Shown here: piece after piece, positions 47,697-57,658 of the stretch
Layout: each line of letters starts with the position of its first letter
How positions within the stretch are numbered: position 1 is the first letter of the stretch
DNA from: a virus
Length of the DNA: 64,000 nt
Strand: one strand, 5' to 3'
IMG/VR virus record: IMGVR_UViG_3300025018_000111
Coordinates: 49,941-113,940 of that record
Position numbers and translations under genes: made by a program
The notes under the pieces: model-generated
Seen by the model: only the letters and a program-made list of their open reading frames with translations
Told to the model about the DNA's origin: nothing
Databases searched by the model: none

Positions 47697-47725
47697 ATAT
47701 TAACCGAATCTGATATTTATGTCAA
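47697..47725 (-). promoter_or_regulatory. sigma70-type promoter
   Basis: TTGACA-N17-TAATAT upstream of 47624. Confidence 0.6.
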
Positions 47726-47779
47726 CATTTTTTTTATTTTTGTATGATTCAACTTTGAGAACGATCCGAGCGGAAAATT

Positions 47780-49246
47780 CTAATTACCCAAATCATCTCT
47801 CAGCTCATAATTTTCTTTCATTCCCTCAAACATATCTTCGGCAGTATTTCTTTCTTCGACTTTGAAATCATCAATATGAAAGTTGATAAAATTCCTAACA
47901 TATTTACCTTTGGCATTTTTGACATAGTCGAACCAATGTTTCAGTTTTTTCCCGCCATATCTTGTAAAAATCGGTTTGAGCTTATGAGTTCCAGAATTTT
48001 TACCTTCTTCGGAAATTTCTTCCCTAGTCTTCTTGGATAATAGCGCGACGAACCCAGCAAACCATGATATTCTATCAGATTGAGCTATACTCCTGCTATC
48101 GTCAACCCCATTTTCAGCGTCCCTATTCAATTGACAAGGGGCTAAGACTGGGCATTTGATAGATTCAGCAACTTTTTTGAGTTTATTAACCTTTTCTCCG
48201 ATGATTTGGTATTCCTGTTTATTAGATCCTTCGTCTCCGGTAATTTTGAGATAATCATAAACAAGAATTTTATTGGTGTCTCTTCCAGCAACGTGAAGAT
48301 TCCATTGTCTAACGAATGTTACAATTTGATCAATATTCATATCGGCAACATGCTTATGAGAACACACTCCCGTCATTTTTGTGATCAACTCTCTACACTG
48401 CCTCAAACGCTTCACATACTCTTCCACTCTGCTAAATTGACCAGTTTCCAAATCGTACATTGGAATTCCAGTGATGCTGGATGCTACCCTATAACGAATA
48501 TCACTCGTATTCATTTCTGTATCGAGTAATAAAACCTTCGTATTCGGATTCATCATCGCTGTACGGATGCTAAAATCATTCATGAAAGTAGTTTTACCCG
48601 TCTTGGGTCTAGCGCAAATGCTATAAACATTTTCGTTTCTCAATCCACCGAAATATTCTTCAAGAAGAGGATATGGAAGTTTGAATCCTATTCTTTCAAC
48701 AGGCTCTTTGCCTTTATTGATTAACTCTTCGTAAAGATCCAAAAACAAATCGTCTGATTTATCTACTTCAAGAATATTGATCTCCCCATAGAGCTTGTCG
48801 GCCCCGTCCATCAGTCTTTTCATTGTCTTGACTTCTGGATCAATCGCATAATCTTGAATCTTTTTGGAAATTTCAAAAACTTGCCTCTTTTTAGATAAGA
48901 ATACCAATTGTTTGGCAGAATTAACACAAGTCTTCGCCGAACATTTTATGTGACTAATTCCCTCTATATAATCATAAGCCTCAATATTTTCCCCAAGAAC
49001 AACTCCGAGATTTTTAAGTTTGGAACTAATCAGAATAGGATCTGGATCTTCATCTCTGTAGATACATTCTCTGACAATATTGAAAATATTTCTGTTGGCA
49101 ACACTAACGAAATGGCCCGCATTCATGAAAGGATCTATGTCGGCCAAAACCTTTGGATGTTTCATCAATCCAGAGATAACAGCCCTTTCTGTTTCGGGGG
49201 AAAGAAAACTCCTACTACCGTTATAATTCGATTCCATATAATTCAA
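47780..49246 (-). CDS. dnaB: replicative DNA helicase
   Basis: ETERAVISGL N-domain; ARPKTGKT, DTEM, VYDYL, PCQLNR. Confidence 0.93.
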   Translation of the reverse strand: MNYMESNYNGSRSFLSPETERAVISGLMKHPKVLADIDPFMNAGHFVSVANRNIFNIVRECIYRDEDPDPILISSKLKNLGVVLGENIEAYDYIEGISHIKCSAKTCVNSAKQLVFLSKKRQVFEISKKIQDYAIDPEVKTMKRLMDGADKLYGEINILEVDKSDDLFLDLYEELINKGKEPVERIGFKLPYPLLEEYFGGLRNENVYSICARPKTGKTTFMNDFSIRTAMMNPNTKVLLLDTEMNTSDIRYRVASSITGIPMYDLETGQFSRVEEYVKRLRQCRELITKMTGVCSHKHVADMNIDQIVTFVRQWNLHVAGRDTNKILVYDYLKITGDEGSNKQEYQIIGEKVNKLKKVAESIKCPVLAPCQLNRDAENGVDDSRSIAQSDRISWFAGFVALLSKKTREEISEEGKNSGTHKLKPIFTRYGGKKLKHWFDYVKNAKGKYVRNFINFHIDDFKVEERNTAEDMFEGMKENYELRDDLGN

Positions 49247-49646
49247 AAATACTTTCTTTCGATAGATTCTTAATGTCTTTAGGATATATCTCTATCAGTT
49301 TATATCCATTCTTTTCTAACCAATCATCTTTCTTTCTGTCTCTTCCGCAGTGTTCTAAAAAACCATTGAGGTTTTTATGAAAATGGGGAACAAACTTATC
49401 GTGTTGATCCCCATTCGCTTCTACAGCTATCTTGTCCGTTATGTTTAAAAAGTCAATCCTTAATCTAGTTCTAGGGATTTTAAATTCTTCAAGAACTTTT
49501 TTATACTTCCAAAATTCTTCGAGGAATTCTTTTACCTGCGTTTGAAGATTACTGCAAGAAGATCTGTCCCAGTCAATCTTATATTTATTGATATTAACTT
49601 TAACTATCTTCTTATTTAAATCATAAAACGGCATCAACAAAGCCAT
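49221..49646 (-). CDS. DUF559/Vsr-like endonuclease
   Basis: EEF...RIDF...IAVEANGDQH...RDRKKDDWLEKNGYKLIEI. Confidence 0.75.
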   Translation of the reverse strand: MALLMPFYDLNKKIVKVNINKYKIDWDRSSCSNLQTQVKEFLEEFWKYKKVLEEFKIPRTRLRIDFLNITDKIAVEANGDQHDKFVPHFHKNLNGFLEHCGRDRKKDDWLEKNGYKLIEIYPKDIKNLSKESIFELYGIEL

Positions 49647-49650
49647 GATA

Positions 49651-50820
49651 TTAGCTGTACATTTCTACAATAGAATCTCTAATCATCTTATATAGATAAT
49701 CACGCACTATAGGATTTTGTTCTAAAATTTCTAAAAATGAGTCCTGATTTTTAGGCTTAGTGTCGTGGCTAAGAAGATTCGGAATCTCAATATTCTGACC
49801 CTGCATTTGTTTCAACACATCTTCGTGAATTTGGAATTTAGCTTGGACTGGTTCGGATATGAAGCCAAGATACAATCCGACTTCCAGAATTTCTTTTTCT
49901 TTCCAGATGCTATTTCCGTTTTTTTGGTGGTATCTAACAGGGTATGTGACTGTAGTATCAGAAGTTTCGTCCATGCTTTTGATAATCTTCACCTTACATT
50001 CTTTCGACATGATTTTATTAGTGAAGAAATCAGAGTCTTTCTTATCAGTTTCTCGATCAAAACTCTTTTGATAATTTTCTTCATATTGAAGAATAATGTC
50101 AGCATAGTGTCTTACGGCATTTCCTCCTGCTGCCTTCATTTTTGGCGGAGGAGCATGTCCATGACCGGTTTGAATGGAAGCCACGCGCTCTTGGGAAATG
50201 AGCGCGATGTGATGCCCAGCCCTTTCTGTAACAAGGCCAACGTGCTTGAAAAACAAACTCATCAACACCGGACCTCCAGAAACTTTTGTAGCCTCATCGA
50301 ATCCCTTGCTCAGATCATTCTGGAGAATCAATGCGTCAATACTGTCAACAATAAAAAAATACTGAATCTCTTCTTTATTATTGGCCATCAATTCTTTGAT
50401 AAAAGTTAGAACAATCTCAAAAACATTAGAATGAAAAATAAAGCAAGTTCCAATATCCCAATTCTCAACATCTTCGGTAAATGTAATACCGGACCTTTTT
50501 TTCATACTATTCTTGAGACGACCCTCGGCTGGAATACAGAAACCTTTGCTGTTAGGATTGTCTCTCAGAAAGATTCTCATCATTTCTAAAGCTTGGGAGG
50601 TCTTCCCGCTTCCGCTAGTGCCAATAAGTCTCGAAGTTCCATTCCTAAATCCTCCCCCGAGAGCAATGTCTAATTTCAAACTGCCAGTAGAAATCAAAAA
50701 CTCTCTCTGAGCTGTAAAGTTGTAGTGGTTTTTCTTATATTCTTTTAACAAAAGAGCAACTTGGCTCTTTGAATGACTTTCCTCTTGGACATTTTCCTCT
50801 ACCTGCTTATTCTTCTTCAT
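49651..50820 (-). CDS. recA: RecA/UvsX-like recombinase
   Basis: ISTGSLKLDIALGGG, GTSGSGKT, IVDSIDAL, ISQER, AAGGNAVRHYA. Confidence 0.92.
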   Translation of the reverse strand: MKKNKQVEENVQEESHSKSQVALLLKEYKKNHYNFTAQREFLISTGSLKLDIALGGGFRNGTSRLIGTSGSGKTSQALEMMRIFLRDNPNSKGFCIPAEGRLKNSMKKRSGITFTEDVENWDIGTCFIFHSNVFEIVLTFIKELMANNKEEIQYFFIVDSIDALILQNDLSKGFDEATKVSGGPVLMSLFFKHVGLVTERAGHHIALISQERVASIQTGHGHAPPPKMKAAGGNAVRHYADIILQYEENYQKSFDRETDKKDSDFFTNKIMSKECKVKIIKSMDETSDTTVTYPVRYHQKNGNSIWKEKEILEVGLYLGFISEPVQAKFQIHEDVLKQMQGQNIEIPNLLSHDTKPKNQDSFLEILEQNPIVRDYLYKMIRDSIVEMYS

Positions 50821-51211
50821 CTTTTAAAAATTCTAATTCTGTTTTTGGTTTTATTATAAATGATTCCTCATCTTTCAAGAAGTTTTCATCAGAATACTCA
50901 ACTAGCTTTGGTTTTTCCTGATCGAATTTCGACAACTCGAACTCTCTTTTGTATTTTGGGATTCTTGCCACATAATATCTCAAACTAGAAAGAGTGAAAT
51001 ACGTGGGACTCTCAATAGAGAGAAAAAAATCAACGCTAGTTTCGTTGATTATTTGTTTAGCGTATCTCCTCTCAACTGTCCAGAATATTTTCGCATCTGG
51101 ATTTGTGATTAACTTGGAAATCTGATCTCTAATCTGAATCTCTCTTGACAGCTTTTTCTTTTTCGCTGGTTTCTTTTTTCTTGGAGTCCTCGGTTTCTTC
51201 TGTTTTTCCAT
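50807..51211 (-). CDS. hypothetical protein
   Basis: Basic N-terminus; ATG 51211 preferred. Confidence 0.55.
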   Translation of the reverse strand: MEKQKKPRTPRKKKPAKKKKLSREIQIRDQISKLITNPDAKIFWTVERRYAKQIINETSVDFFLSIESPTYFTLSSLRYYVARIPKYKREFELSKFDQEKPKLVEYSDENFLKDEESFIIKPKTELEFLKDEEE

Positions 51212-51581
51212 GATCTCTGGGATTGGTATCAACTTCGGGTTCTCTACTGGAGTTCTTATAGCCTTCTTCTATTAATGCGAGAATATCTTCTAGACAAGAT
51301 ATTTTTTTCGTATTTCCATTATAACCAGCCTTGAATTCTTTCTTTCCACACTCGTTATCATAAATGTACCAATTTAACCAATCGTGAGTATCATCGAGCA
51401 TTAAACTAATGAGTTCGATACAAGAATCGAGCATTCCATAACATCCGTCATACAATTTTGAGTCAATCACTCCGACGCCAAAGATAGAAAAAATATCCTC
51501 GAAACTATCTTCCATCTTTTCGTATCTCTCTATAAATTTCTTTACGATATTTTTCTGATTAGTTGTTATTTTTTTATCCAT
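51129..51581 (-). CDS. hypothetical protein
   Basis: DWLNWYIYDNECGK; ATG 51581 follows an AGTGTATT motif (51595-51602). Confidence 0.55.
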   Translation of the reverse strand: MDKKITTNQKNIVKKFIERYEKMEDSFEDIFSIFGVGVIDSKLYDGCYGMLDSCIELISLMLDDTHDWLNWYIYDNECGKKEFKAGYNGNTKKISCLEDILALIEEGYKNSSREPEVDTNPRDHGKTEETEDSKKKETSEKEKAVKRDSD

Positions 51582-51600
51582 GATCTTTTCTAAAAATACA

Positions 51601-52308
51601 CTATCCAATTAAAATCTTTTTTAATCCCTCGTCCGCCTTTATATAGGATGGACTTTTCATAACCTTGCCATTTTTGTCTTTCACTGCATATTTATTTTCT
51701 CCAACTTTTGTCACTTCCCACGATTCGTCGAGAGATCCGATTTCGTTTTCTTTGAACAATTTGCTCATATTACTTTCGTGGACAACATCCCACGCTTTAT
51801 CAAGGAATTCTTCCATTTTCCCGCTGAATCTACTATGGATAGAATAAATGATATGGCAAAACATCTTATGGATAGAATGTCTGGAAAATTCAAAAGACTT
51901 GTCAAGATCTTCCTCTGAATATTTTTCCATCTTAAATTCATCGGATTGGCAATACGGATTCTTTTTCAAGACTTCTAAAATCGAAAGAATGTGATCCTCG
52001 TCATACGGAACCATTTCTCTTAATGGATTTTCGTCGATATAAGGACAAACAAAGTCCAGTTCGGTCAGTTGCCGTCTCAGTCCCAGACTAGCGAAAGATC
52101 CATACGCAACATAAAGAGTGTCAACGCATCCATCTAGATATTCAAGATAAGATTTCGCATTTTTAGTTTCTGTCAGTTCCTCCTCATTGAGAGAAATTCT
52201 GAATCCAAGATTGTTATACTTTGGAGATTCGAGAATTGGTTGCTGAAAACTTCTCATAAAATCCTCAACATCCTTGATTTGTTTATTTATTTTTTCTACA
52301 TTTATCAT
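51601..52308 (-). CDS. MazG-like / PRA-PH family NTP pyrophosphohydrolase
   Basis: LNEEELTE...LDGCVDTLYVAYG...VHESNMSK...GKVMKSPSY; ATG 52308 preferred. Confidence 0.82.
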   Translation of the reverse strand: MINVEKINKQIKDVEDFMRSFQQPILESPKYNNLGFRISLNEEELTETKNAKSYLEYLDGCVDTLYVAYGSFASLGLRRQLTELDFVCPYIDENPLREMVPYDEDHILSILEVLKKNPYCQSDEFKMEKYSEEDLDKSFEFSRHSIHKMFCHIIYSIHSRFSGKMEEFLDKAWDVVHESNMSKLFKENEIGSLDESWEVTKVGENKYAVKDKNGKVMKSPSYIKADEGLKKILIG

Positions 52309-52356
52309 ATTTTTCTTACAAAAGGAAACTCCGTCATTCGTGTCGGGGTAACTGAC
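52306..52356 (-). repeat. IS200/IS605-end-like palindromic repeat, copy 3
   Basis: gtcagttaccccgacacgaatgacggagtttccttttgtaagaaaaatATG; 47/51 identical to copy 4. Confidence 0.85.
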
Positions 52357-52360
52357 ATTT

Positions 52361-52681
52361 TTAATAATCTCCACTTTTCGCCAATCTACATTCAAATTCT
52401 CTAATGATTTCCAACTTATTTGAAACATCCTCTTTCCAAAGAGGAAGAATCTTCTGATGTTCCCCATCACAGCCGGAGTGTTTCAACCAAGCCGGACAGT
52501 GATAAACTGGAATCCCTAATAAGTCCTCATCGCAGTCATACCAATCATTGTCAGGAAAGTTTCCTTCATTCTCCCCCAGATAAATCCAAGCATCAGGCCA
52601 GTTCCCCTTAAACGCTTTAGATGCTTCTCTAACTTCTTCGGTCAAATCTATTAACCACTGAGGTTTTTGATTCGTGCTCAT
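52361..52681 (-). CDS. hypothetical protein
   Basis: 106-aa ORF. Confidence 0.6.
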   Translation of the reverse strand: MSTNQKPQWLIDLTEEVREASKAFKGNWPDAWIYLGENEGNFPDNDWYDCDEDLLGIPVYHCPAWLKHSGCDGEHQKILPLWKEDVSNKLEIIREFECRLAKSGDY

Positions 52682-52699
52682 ATTTCTTTGATTTTAATT

Positions 52700-53461
52700 T
52701 TAAGAATATTCCAACAATCCTTCTACTTTCTCAATTTTTAGATTGTACTTGAGAACGGGAATCTTGTCAAACACTAATTCTGCAATCTGGTTAAAAACCA
52801 ATCGAATTTCCTCTTCCGCGTGTCTTGAAGTTCTGCGAACAAGGATTTCTCGGAATGCTCTCAGATTCATTGTGAATCCGACCGTTTCGGTGGCTCCAAG
52901 AGGTTTTAGTCGTCTAGCGCAACTGGTGGCCTTCTTTTTATCGTCGAACGATACGAGGCCATCTGTGAGAGAATTTAAGAACTCAACATAAATCTCCTCA
53001 ATCTTTCTCTGAGATTCTATGTACATATTGATATATTTTTCCCCTCTTTCTCTTAGGTAATTCGGAACCCATACTAACATTTCTGGTTGAATAGTGTATC
53101 TTCCGCTTTCTATGGAATAGTTGTTGTGGCGATGTCGAATAAGTTCAGTATGAAAGATTCTTGAAACATTCTCGCAGACAAAGTTCAAATGAGAGTGTTC
53201 TAACACACTCCCATGACCACTATCAATAATTCCTTTGATATTACTCTCAATATCTCTGGTTCTTGAAATGTTCCGATTCTTTCCGAGACTCAAACTTTTG
53301 TAGCAGAGTTTTGCATAAAAGCTGCAAATGTCCATCTGGTCACAACCGGTTAGAATATCGAGGAATTCTTCATTTTCGGTCTCAATTAGATATTGCTCTA
53401 GCTGAGGTTTCAGAAATTGAGTAGATCCGATTAGGTATGTTTTAGGTGTTGTAAGTTTCAT
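52700..53461 (-). CDS. thyX: FAD-dependent thymidylate synthase
   Basis: GHGSVLEH, ELIRHR...SIESGRY (RHRx7SxRY), NLRA..R...HAEEEIR. Confidence 0.93.
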   Translation of the reverse strand: MKLTTPKTYLIGSTQFLKPQLEQYLIETENEEFLDILTGCDQMDICSFYAKLCYKSLSLGKNRNISRTRDIESNIKGIIDSGHGSVLEHSHLNFVCENVSRIFHTELIRHRHNNYSIESGRYTIQPEMLVWVPNYLRERGEKYINMYIESQRKIEEIYVEFLNSLTDGLVSFDDKKKATSCARRLKPLGATETVGFTMNLRAFREILVRRTSRHAEEEIRLVFNQIAELVFDKIPVLKYNLKIEKVEGLLEYS

Positions 53462-53750
53462 TTTTTTTATTTTCTATTTTATCTTTAAGATTTTTATATT
53501 CAATTGATTCAGTTTTTGCAGCGATAAAAAATGGAGGAAGACCTTCTGTTTCTAAACTAAACCATTCTTTTAAAAAATCTTCTTTTGATACCCCATATTC
53601 GATTTGCATAAAACTAACTTTTGTTTTTGGATCTATTATTTCATGCCAATAGCTGTTTAATTTCGCGGAAAAATCCCACGAAATTTCATATCCAAGGTCT
53701 AAAAACATTTTAATGAGATCATCCTGTTTTTCTTTAGAGTTATTTTTCAT
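53442..53750 (-). CDS. hypothetical protein
   Basis: 102-aa ORF. Confidence 0.6.
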   Translation of the reverse strand: MKNNSKEKQDDLIKMFLDLGYEISWDFSAKLNSYWHEIIDPKTKVSFMQIEYGVSKEDFLKEWFSLETEGLPPFFIAAKTESIEYKNLKDKIENKKNETYNT

Positions 53751-53798
53751 ATTTTTCTTACAAAAGGAAACTCTGTCATTCGTGTCTGGACAACTGAC
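53748..53798 (-). repeat. IS200/IS605-end-like palindromic repeat, copy 4
   Basis: gtcagttgtccagacacgaatgacagagtttccttttgtaagaaaaatATG; supplies the TGA stop of the CCA gene. Confidence 0.85.
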
Positions 53799-55203
53799 TC
53801 TTCAGCTTCTCTTCTACGATTTCTAATGCTTCGTTCCTTGTGATATTAGGATTTTCCAACCATTTGTCAATAACCAAATTCAATAATTCCTTAAACAATT
53901 TGCTAGGTTTTAATCCCAATTCGATCAAATCGTTTCCGTCAATAGGAATGTTAGGCCGATCATCTTTTGTGGGATAATAAAGAGTCTCAAATCTTTTTCT
54001 CAAACTTGGGATCTGATCTGGAAGAGATGATTCAATACTATGACTAATGTTATCGGAGTTCATCAGGTCCAGAATATTCTCTAACTGATCCCCAACATCA
54101 ATTGAAAACTTTCTCAAAGATTTGTCTGAGAATTTAGAACCGTCCGATCCAGAACTTTTCAATCTCATGTGATTAGAAACGGCGAGTTTAACCTTGTCTA
54201 TAGTTATATTTGGGTATTTCAGCCGACGCATGATCTTCTCCGCCATTTCTGCTCCTACTTTTTCGTGCTGATAGAAATGAACCTCATTATCCTCTCCAAC
54301 GGTTCGAGTTACGGGTTTGGCAATATCATGAAAAAGACACATCAATCGAACATCCAGTATAAGAGGGGAATTGTCAATAACATCCAATATATGACCAAAA
54401 ACATCTTTGTCGTGATGTTTTCCTTGGGTAACTCCATAACAATTGTCAAGTTCTGGAAGAAAATAATACAAGAGTCCAGTTTCTCTCATCAGTTCCAATG
54501 CTTTTGAACAATTCTGGCAAACTAAGATTTTATCAAACTCTTCTCGAATTCTTTCCTGACTGATGTTTTTGATTTTGAAATTGTTCCTACTCAGAGATGT
54601 TAGGATCTCATCGTCTAAACGAAATCCGTATTGGAAAGAAAATCTAATTGCCCGAAAGATTCTCAACGGATCTTCTGAAAAGATCAAATCGGGATCAGAA
54701 GTTGTTCTAATTATCTTGTTTTTAATATCAGAAACTCCGAGTCCTGTTAGGTCCAATAATTTCCCGCTCGTGAGATTTATTAGCAAACTATTGATTGTAA
54801 AATCTCTTCTATAAACATCTTCTAAAAGAGTTGCGGATGATACTTCCGGTTTTCTAGAGTTGTTAGAGTATTTCTCTCCTCTCGTGGCAACGCATTCCAC
54901 TTCAACGTTATCCAGATCGATAGAATCGGAAACTATCCCATTTAATTGAAACATTGCGGTCCCATAAGTTCTGAAAACAACAGGATTTGAATTTTCCTTA
55001 TAGATTCCGAATCTTTTTGTGACATATTCCGCGAATTCGATTCCTGAGTTTAAATCTCCAGTTATGACAACGTCAACATCCTTGGGATCTAAGCCAAGTT
55101 GAATATCTCTGACTGCTCCACCTGCGAGATAGACTCTGTTTTTAAAAGGTCCGTCTTTAACAACGTCACAAAGAAACCATATGGTTGTTTTAATCTTGTT
55201 CAT
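53776..55203 (-). CDS. cca: tRNA nucleotidyltransferase (CCA-adding class II) with HD domain
   Basis: GGAVRD...DVD, RRDFTIN, EDPLRIFRAIRF, SQERIREE, LFHDIAK. Confidence 0.9.
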   Translation of the reverse strand: MNKIKTTIWFLCDVVKDGPFKNRVYLAGGAVRDIQLGLDPKDVDVVITGDLNSGIEFAEYVTKRFGIYKENSNPVVFRTYGTAMFQLNGIVSDSIDLDNVEVECVATRGEKYSNNSRKPEVSSATLLEDVYRRDFTINSLLINLTSGKLLDLTGLGVSDIKNKIIRTTSDPDLIFSEDPLRIFRAIRFSFQYGFRLDDEILTSLSRNNFKIKNISQERIREEFDKILVCQNCSKALELMRETGLLYYFLPELDNCYGVTQGKHHDKDVFGHILDVIDNSPLILDVRLMCLFHDIAKPVTRTVGEDNEVHFYQHEKVGAEMAEKIMRRLKYPNITIDKVKLAVSNHMRLKSSGSDGSKFSDKSLRKFSIDVGDQLENILDLMNSDNISHSIESSLPDQIPSLRKRFETLYYPTKDDRPNIPIDGNDLIELGLKPSKLFKELLNLVIDKWLENPNITRNEALEIVEEKLKSQLSRHE

Positions 55204-55375
55204 TTTTCAAAAAATCTGGAATTAGTCTTCCATCTTCCAATCTGCGCATACCGAAAGTTTCGTCGGGATAAGGAGATTCTAGTACCATCCCAACTCCGTC
55301 AATATAGTTCCAATTCCAACCGCTTTCAACTAATTTTTCAATCTTTGAATTTAATTTTTGCAAACAATTGTCCAT
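55190..55375 (-). CDS. hypothetical protein
   Basis: 61-aa ORF overlapping neighbours. Confidence 0.5.
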   Translation of the reverse strand: MDNCLQKLNSKIEKLVESGWNWNYIDGVGMVLESPYPDETFGMRRLEDGRLIPDFLKNEQD

Positions 55376-55808
55376 TTTTTGTTTTTATCGAATTTTGCCA
55401 CAATCCATTAAACGAGGATTTGTCCTGATGTTTTTGGTATGAGACTGAGGCGTTAATACCCCCAACGATTAACTCAAGAGCGTTTGAGTTAATTACACTT
55501 ATCTCGATCTGAGAGTCGTTTAAGGGATAATATCCGAGGATCATCAATCCTTTTTTCGCGAGACCATAATCTAAGACGATTTCAAGAATATTCTCAGGTT
55601 TGACATCAAAAGTGAGGGATATTGGCTTTAATGGAACGAAATTTGTTGGGACTTCTAGAAACAAGTTTTCAAAATGAGAAGGACATGTCACTTGTTTTGA
55701 CTCCCTTGTTAAACTCATCAAATCCTTATCTCCGCAAATAGGGCAAAGGATTCTTCCGCAATCCCCGTCTCCATTTGTGTCTCTGGGACAATTTTTAAAC
55801 TTATTCAT
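55338..55808 (-). CDS. hypothetical protein (N-terminal Cys motif CPRDTNGDGDC...CPIC)
   Basis: 156-aa ORF. Confidence 0.55.
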   Translation of the reverse strand: MNKFKNCPRDTNGDGDCGRILCPICGDKDLMSLTRESKQVTCPSHFENLFLEVPTNFVPLKPISLTFDVKPENILEIVLDYGLAKKGLMILGYYPLNDSQIEISVINSNALELIVGGINASVSYQKHQDKSSFNGLWQNSIKTKNGQLFAKIKFKD

Positions 55809-55851
55809 CTTTCTTAAATTTTGACATTTTTAAATTCCATTCCCATGTTTC

Positions 55852-56154
55852 CTAGAAATCCTCCCCTTTTTCGCTCTTCAAACGAGATTCCGTTATTAAG
55901 ATTTCGGAATCTTCTTTTTCTAAGATATAGCAGTCTTCCATCTTGCTGTCAATGAGAACTACAGGCGTCGCCCAAGTTGAAGAAAGATGACTATAACTGT
56001 TATCTACTATCAATCCCTTTTCTTTCGAGAAAATCTTAATTCTTGTATCCAAGAAATCTTCTCTAAACCCAGCAAAAACATCCTCAGATATTTGAGATTC
56101 TTCAATTAACCTAATTGCCTTATGAATATCAAGAGTCTTATTCATTTTCAACAA
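55852..56154 (-). CDS. hypothetical protein
   Basis: 100-aa ORF (AGFRED...SSTWATPV). Confidence 0.6.
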   Translation of the reverse strand: MLKMNKTLDIHKAIRLIEESQISEDVFAGFREDFLDTRIKIFSKEKGLIVDNSYSHLSSTWATPVVLIDSKMEDCYILEKEDSEILITESRLKSEKGEDF

Positions 56155-57658
56155 AATTTTGATTCAACTCATTTTTAGTTCTAGTAGCGGCTACATACAA
56201 CATGTTGATTTCCTCTAAAATAGGGAGAATATTATCATAATCCTGTTTTTCCAGAGAAGAAAGTGAATCAAAAGACTTGTTGAGCATCTCCATATCCCTA
56301 AAATCGTTCAACAATGTCACTCTGTCATATTCCAGACCTTTCGCCTTGTGGACAGTTGAAAAGATAACATCTGCTTTTTCTTTAGAGTCGCATTGAACGG
56401 ATTCCAACTCTTTGATGATGCTGTAAAGCTTCGGTCCATAACTGTCAACAACTTTTATCATTACTTTCAGATCGTTTTCTCCAGACTTCTTCGCATATTG
56501 TTGGAAATCTTTAAAAGAATCGAAGTTTTTCATAAAATGATTCTTGATGTTTCCTTTCTTTCCGTCTTTAAGAGAAACAATATCGAAGATATGAATATTA
56601 TTATCAGATTTGAGAAGAGAATTTAATCCTCCCTCAAAATAAGGTTTTTCTCCAGATTTGTTCTCAATGATTCGTGTAACAATATCGCAAAAGATTTCGC
56701 TATTGGATCTTCCGATAACACAGTGAGAGTCTAGTTTCTCGCTATTTCCGATCCCATCAATATTTGGAACTCGATATTCTGGATCGAAGTCACATTTCCA
56801 CGACAAGATTTCCTTTCCAATTTTGGCTATACGACTAGGGTAACGAAAACTGAGACTTAGACTCATTTCTTCAAAATCAATAGTCCTGAGAGCGTTCATG
56901 GCCTTTCTGAACCCATAGATTGCTTGATTTGAATCTCCAACAAAAGTCTTAGTGGCCTTGTTTTGGTTCAAAATAGAACTCAACATCACAGGACTAGCAT
57001 CTTGCGCTTCGTCGAAGATAATCTGAGGATAAGGAAGTTGTTTTCCCGTCAAATGGAACTCTTTCAAGTAAAAATCATGAGTGCAGTCAATCTCCTTGCT
57101 CTTCATCATTGCATAGAGTTTTTGACCATAATTCTCAATCTTATCGAGATTAGAAAGAGCAAAATCATAGCTGTCTTTTTCAGAGATGGCTAAATCTTTA
57201 ATATAGTTATATTTCTCGAAAGAGGCGCTGGAGGAATTGCAAAAGTAAGAAAAATACTTAGAGACATGATTAGTCATCACGTATTTTGTGAACCCATTGT
57301 ATTCGTTGATTTTCAATATCTTGACCAACTCATAGGCCGAATAGTTGTTTTTGATATTGAGCTTTCTTGGAATAGCAATTGTTCTGTAGGCTAGACTATG
57401 GGCAGTGTCGATTTGGATCTTGGATATGCCCATTTTTTCCACAAGATGCTTGGCATGATCTTTCGCAGCTCGGTTGTAAACAACATATAATGTCTTGTGT
57501 TTTGAAGACATCATTTTGTCTCCCAGTCTGTCGGCCTTGAGTAGACTAGTTGTTGTTTTGGAAGATCCGGCTGTAGCCTCGACCTTAATATTCTCAGTAG
57601 AATCAATGATGGATTCTTGCTCTTCTGTTAGTTTGAATTTTAGTTTTTTCAAAATCAA
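56138..57658 (-). CDS. UvrD/Rep-like SF1 DNA helicase
   Basis: LTEEQ, ATAGSSKTT (variant Walker A), FDEAQD, VGDSNQAIYGFR, STVHKAKGLEYD, LYVAATR. Confidence 0.9.
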   Translation of the reverse strand: MILKKLKFKLTEEQESIIDSTENIKVEATAGSSKTTTSLLKADRLGDKMMSSKHKTLYVVYNRAAKDHAKHLVEKMGISKIQIDTAHSLAYRTIAIPRKLNIKNNYSAYELVKILKINEYNGFTKYVMTNHVSKYFSYFCNSSSASFEKYNYIKDLAISEKDSYDFALSNLDKIENYGQKLYAMMKSKEIDCTHDFYLKEFHLTGKQLPYPQIIFDEAQDASPVMLSSILNQNKATKTFVGDSNQAIYGFRKAMNALRTIDFEEMSLSLSFRYPSRIAKIGKEILSWKCDFDPEYRVPNIDGIGNSEKLDSHCVIGRSNSEIFCDIVTRIIENKSGEKPYFEGGLNSLLKSDNNIHIFDIVSLKDGKKGNIKNHFMKNFDSFKDFQQYAKKSGENDLKVMIKVVDSYGPKLYSIIKELESVQCDSKEKADVIFSTVHKAKGLEYDRVTLLNDFRDMEMLNKSFDSLSSLEKQDYDNILPILEEINMLYVAATRTKNELNQNFVENE

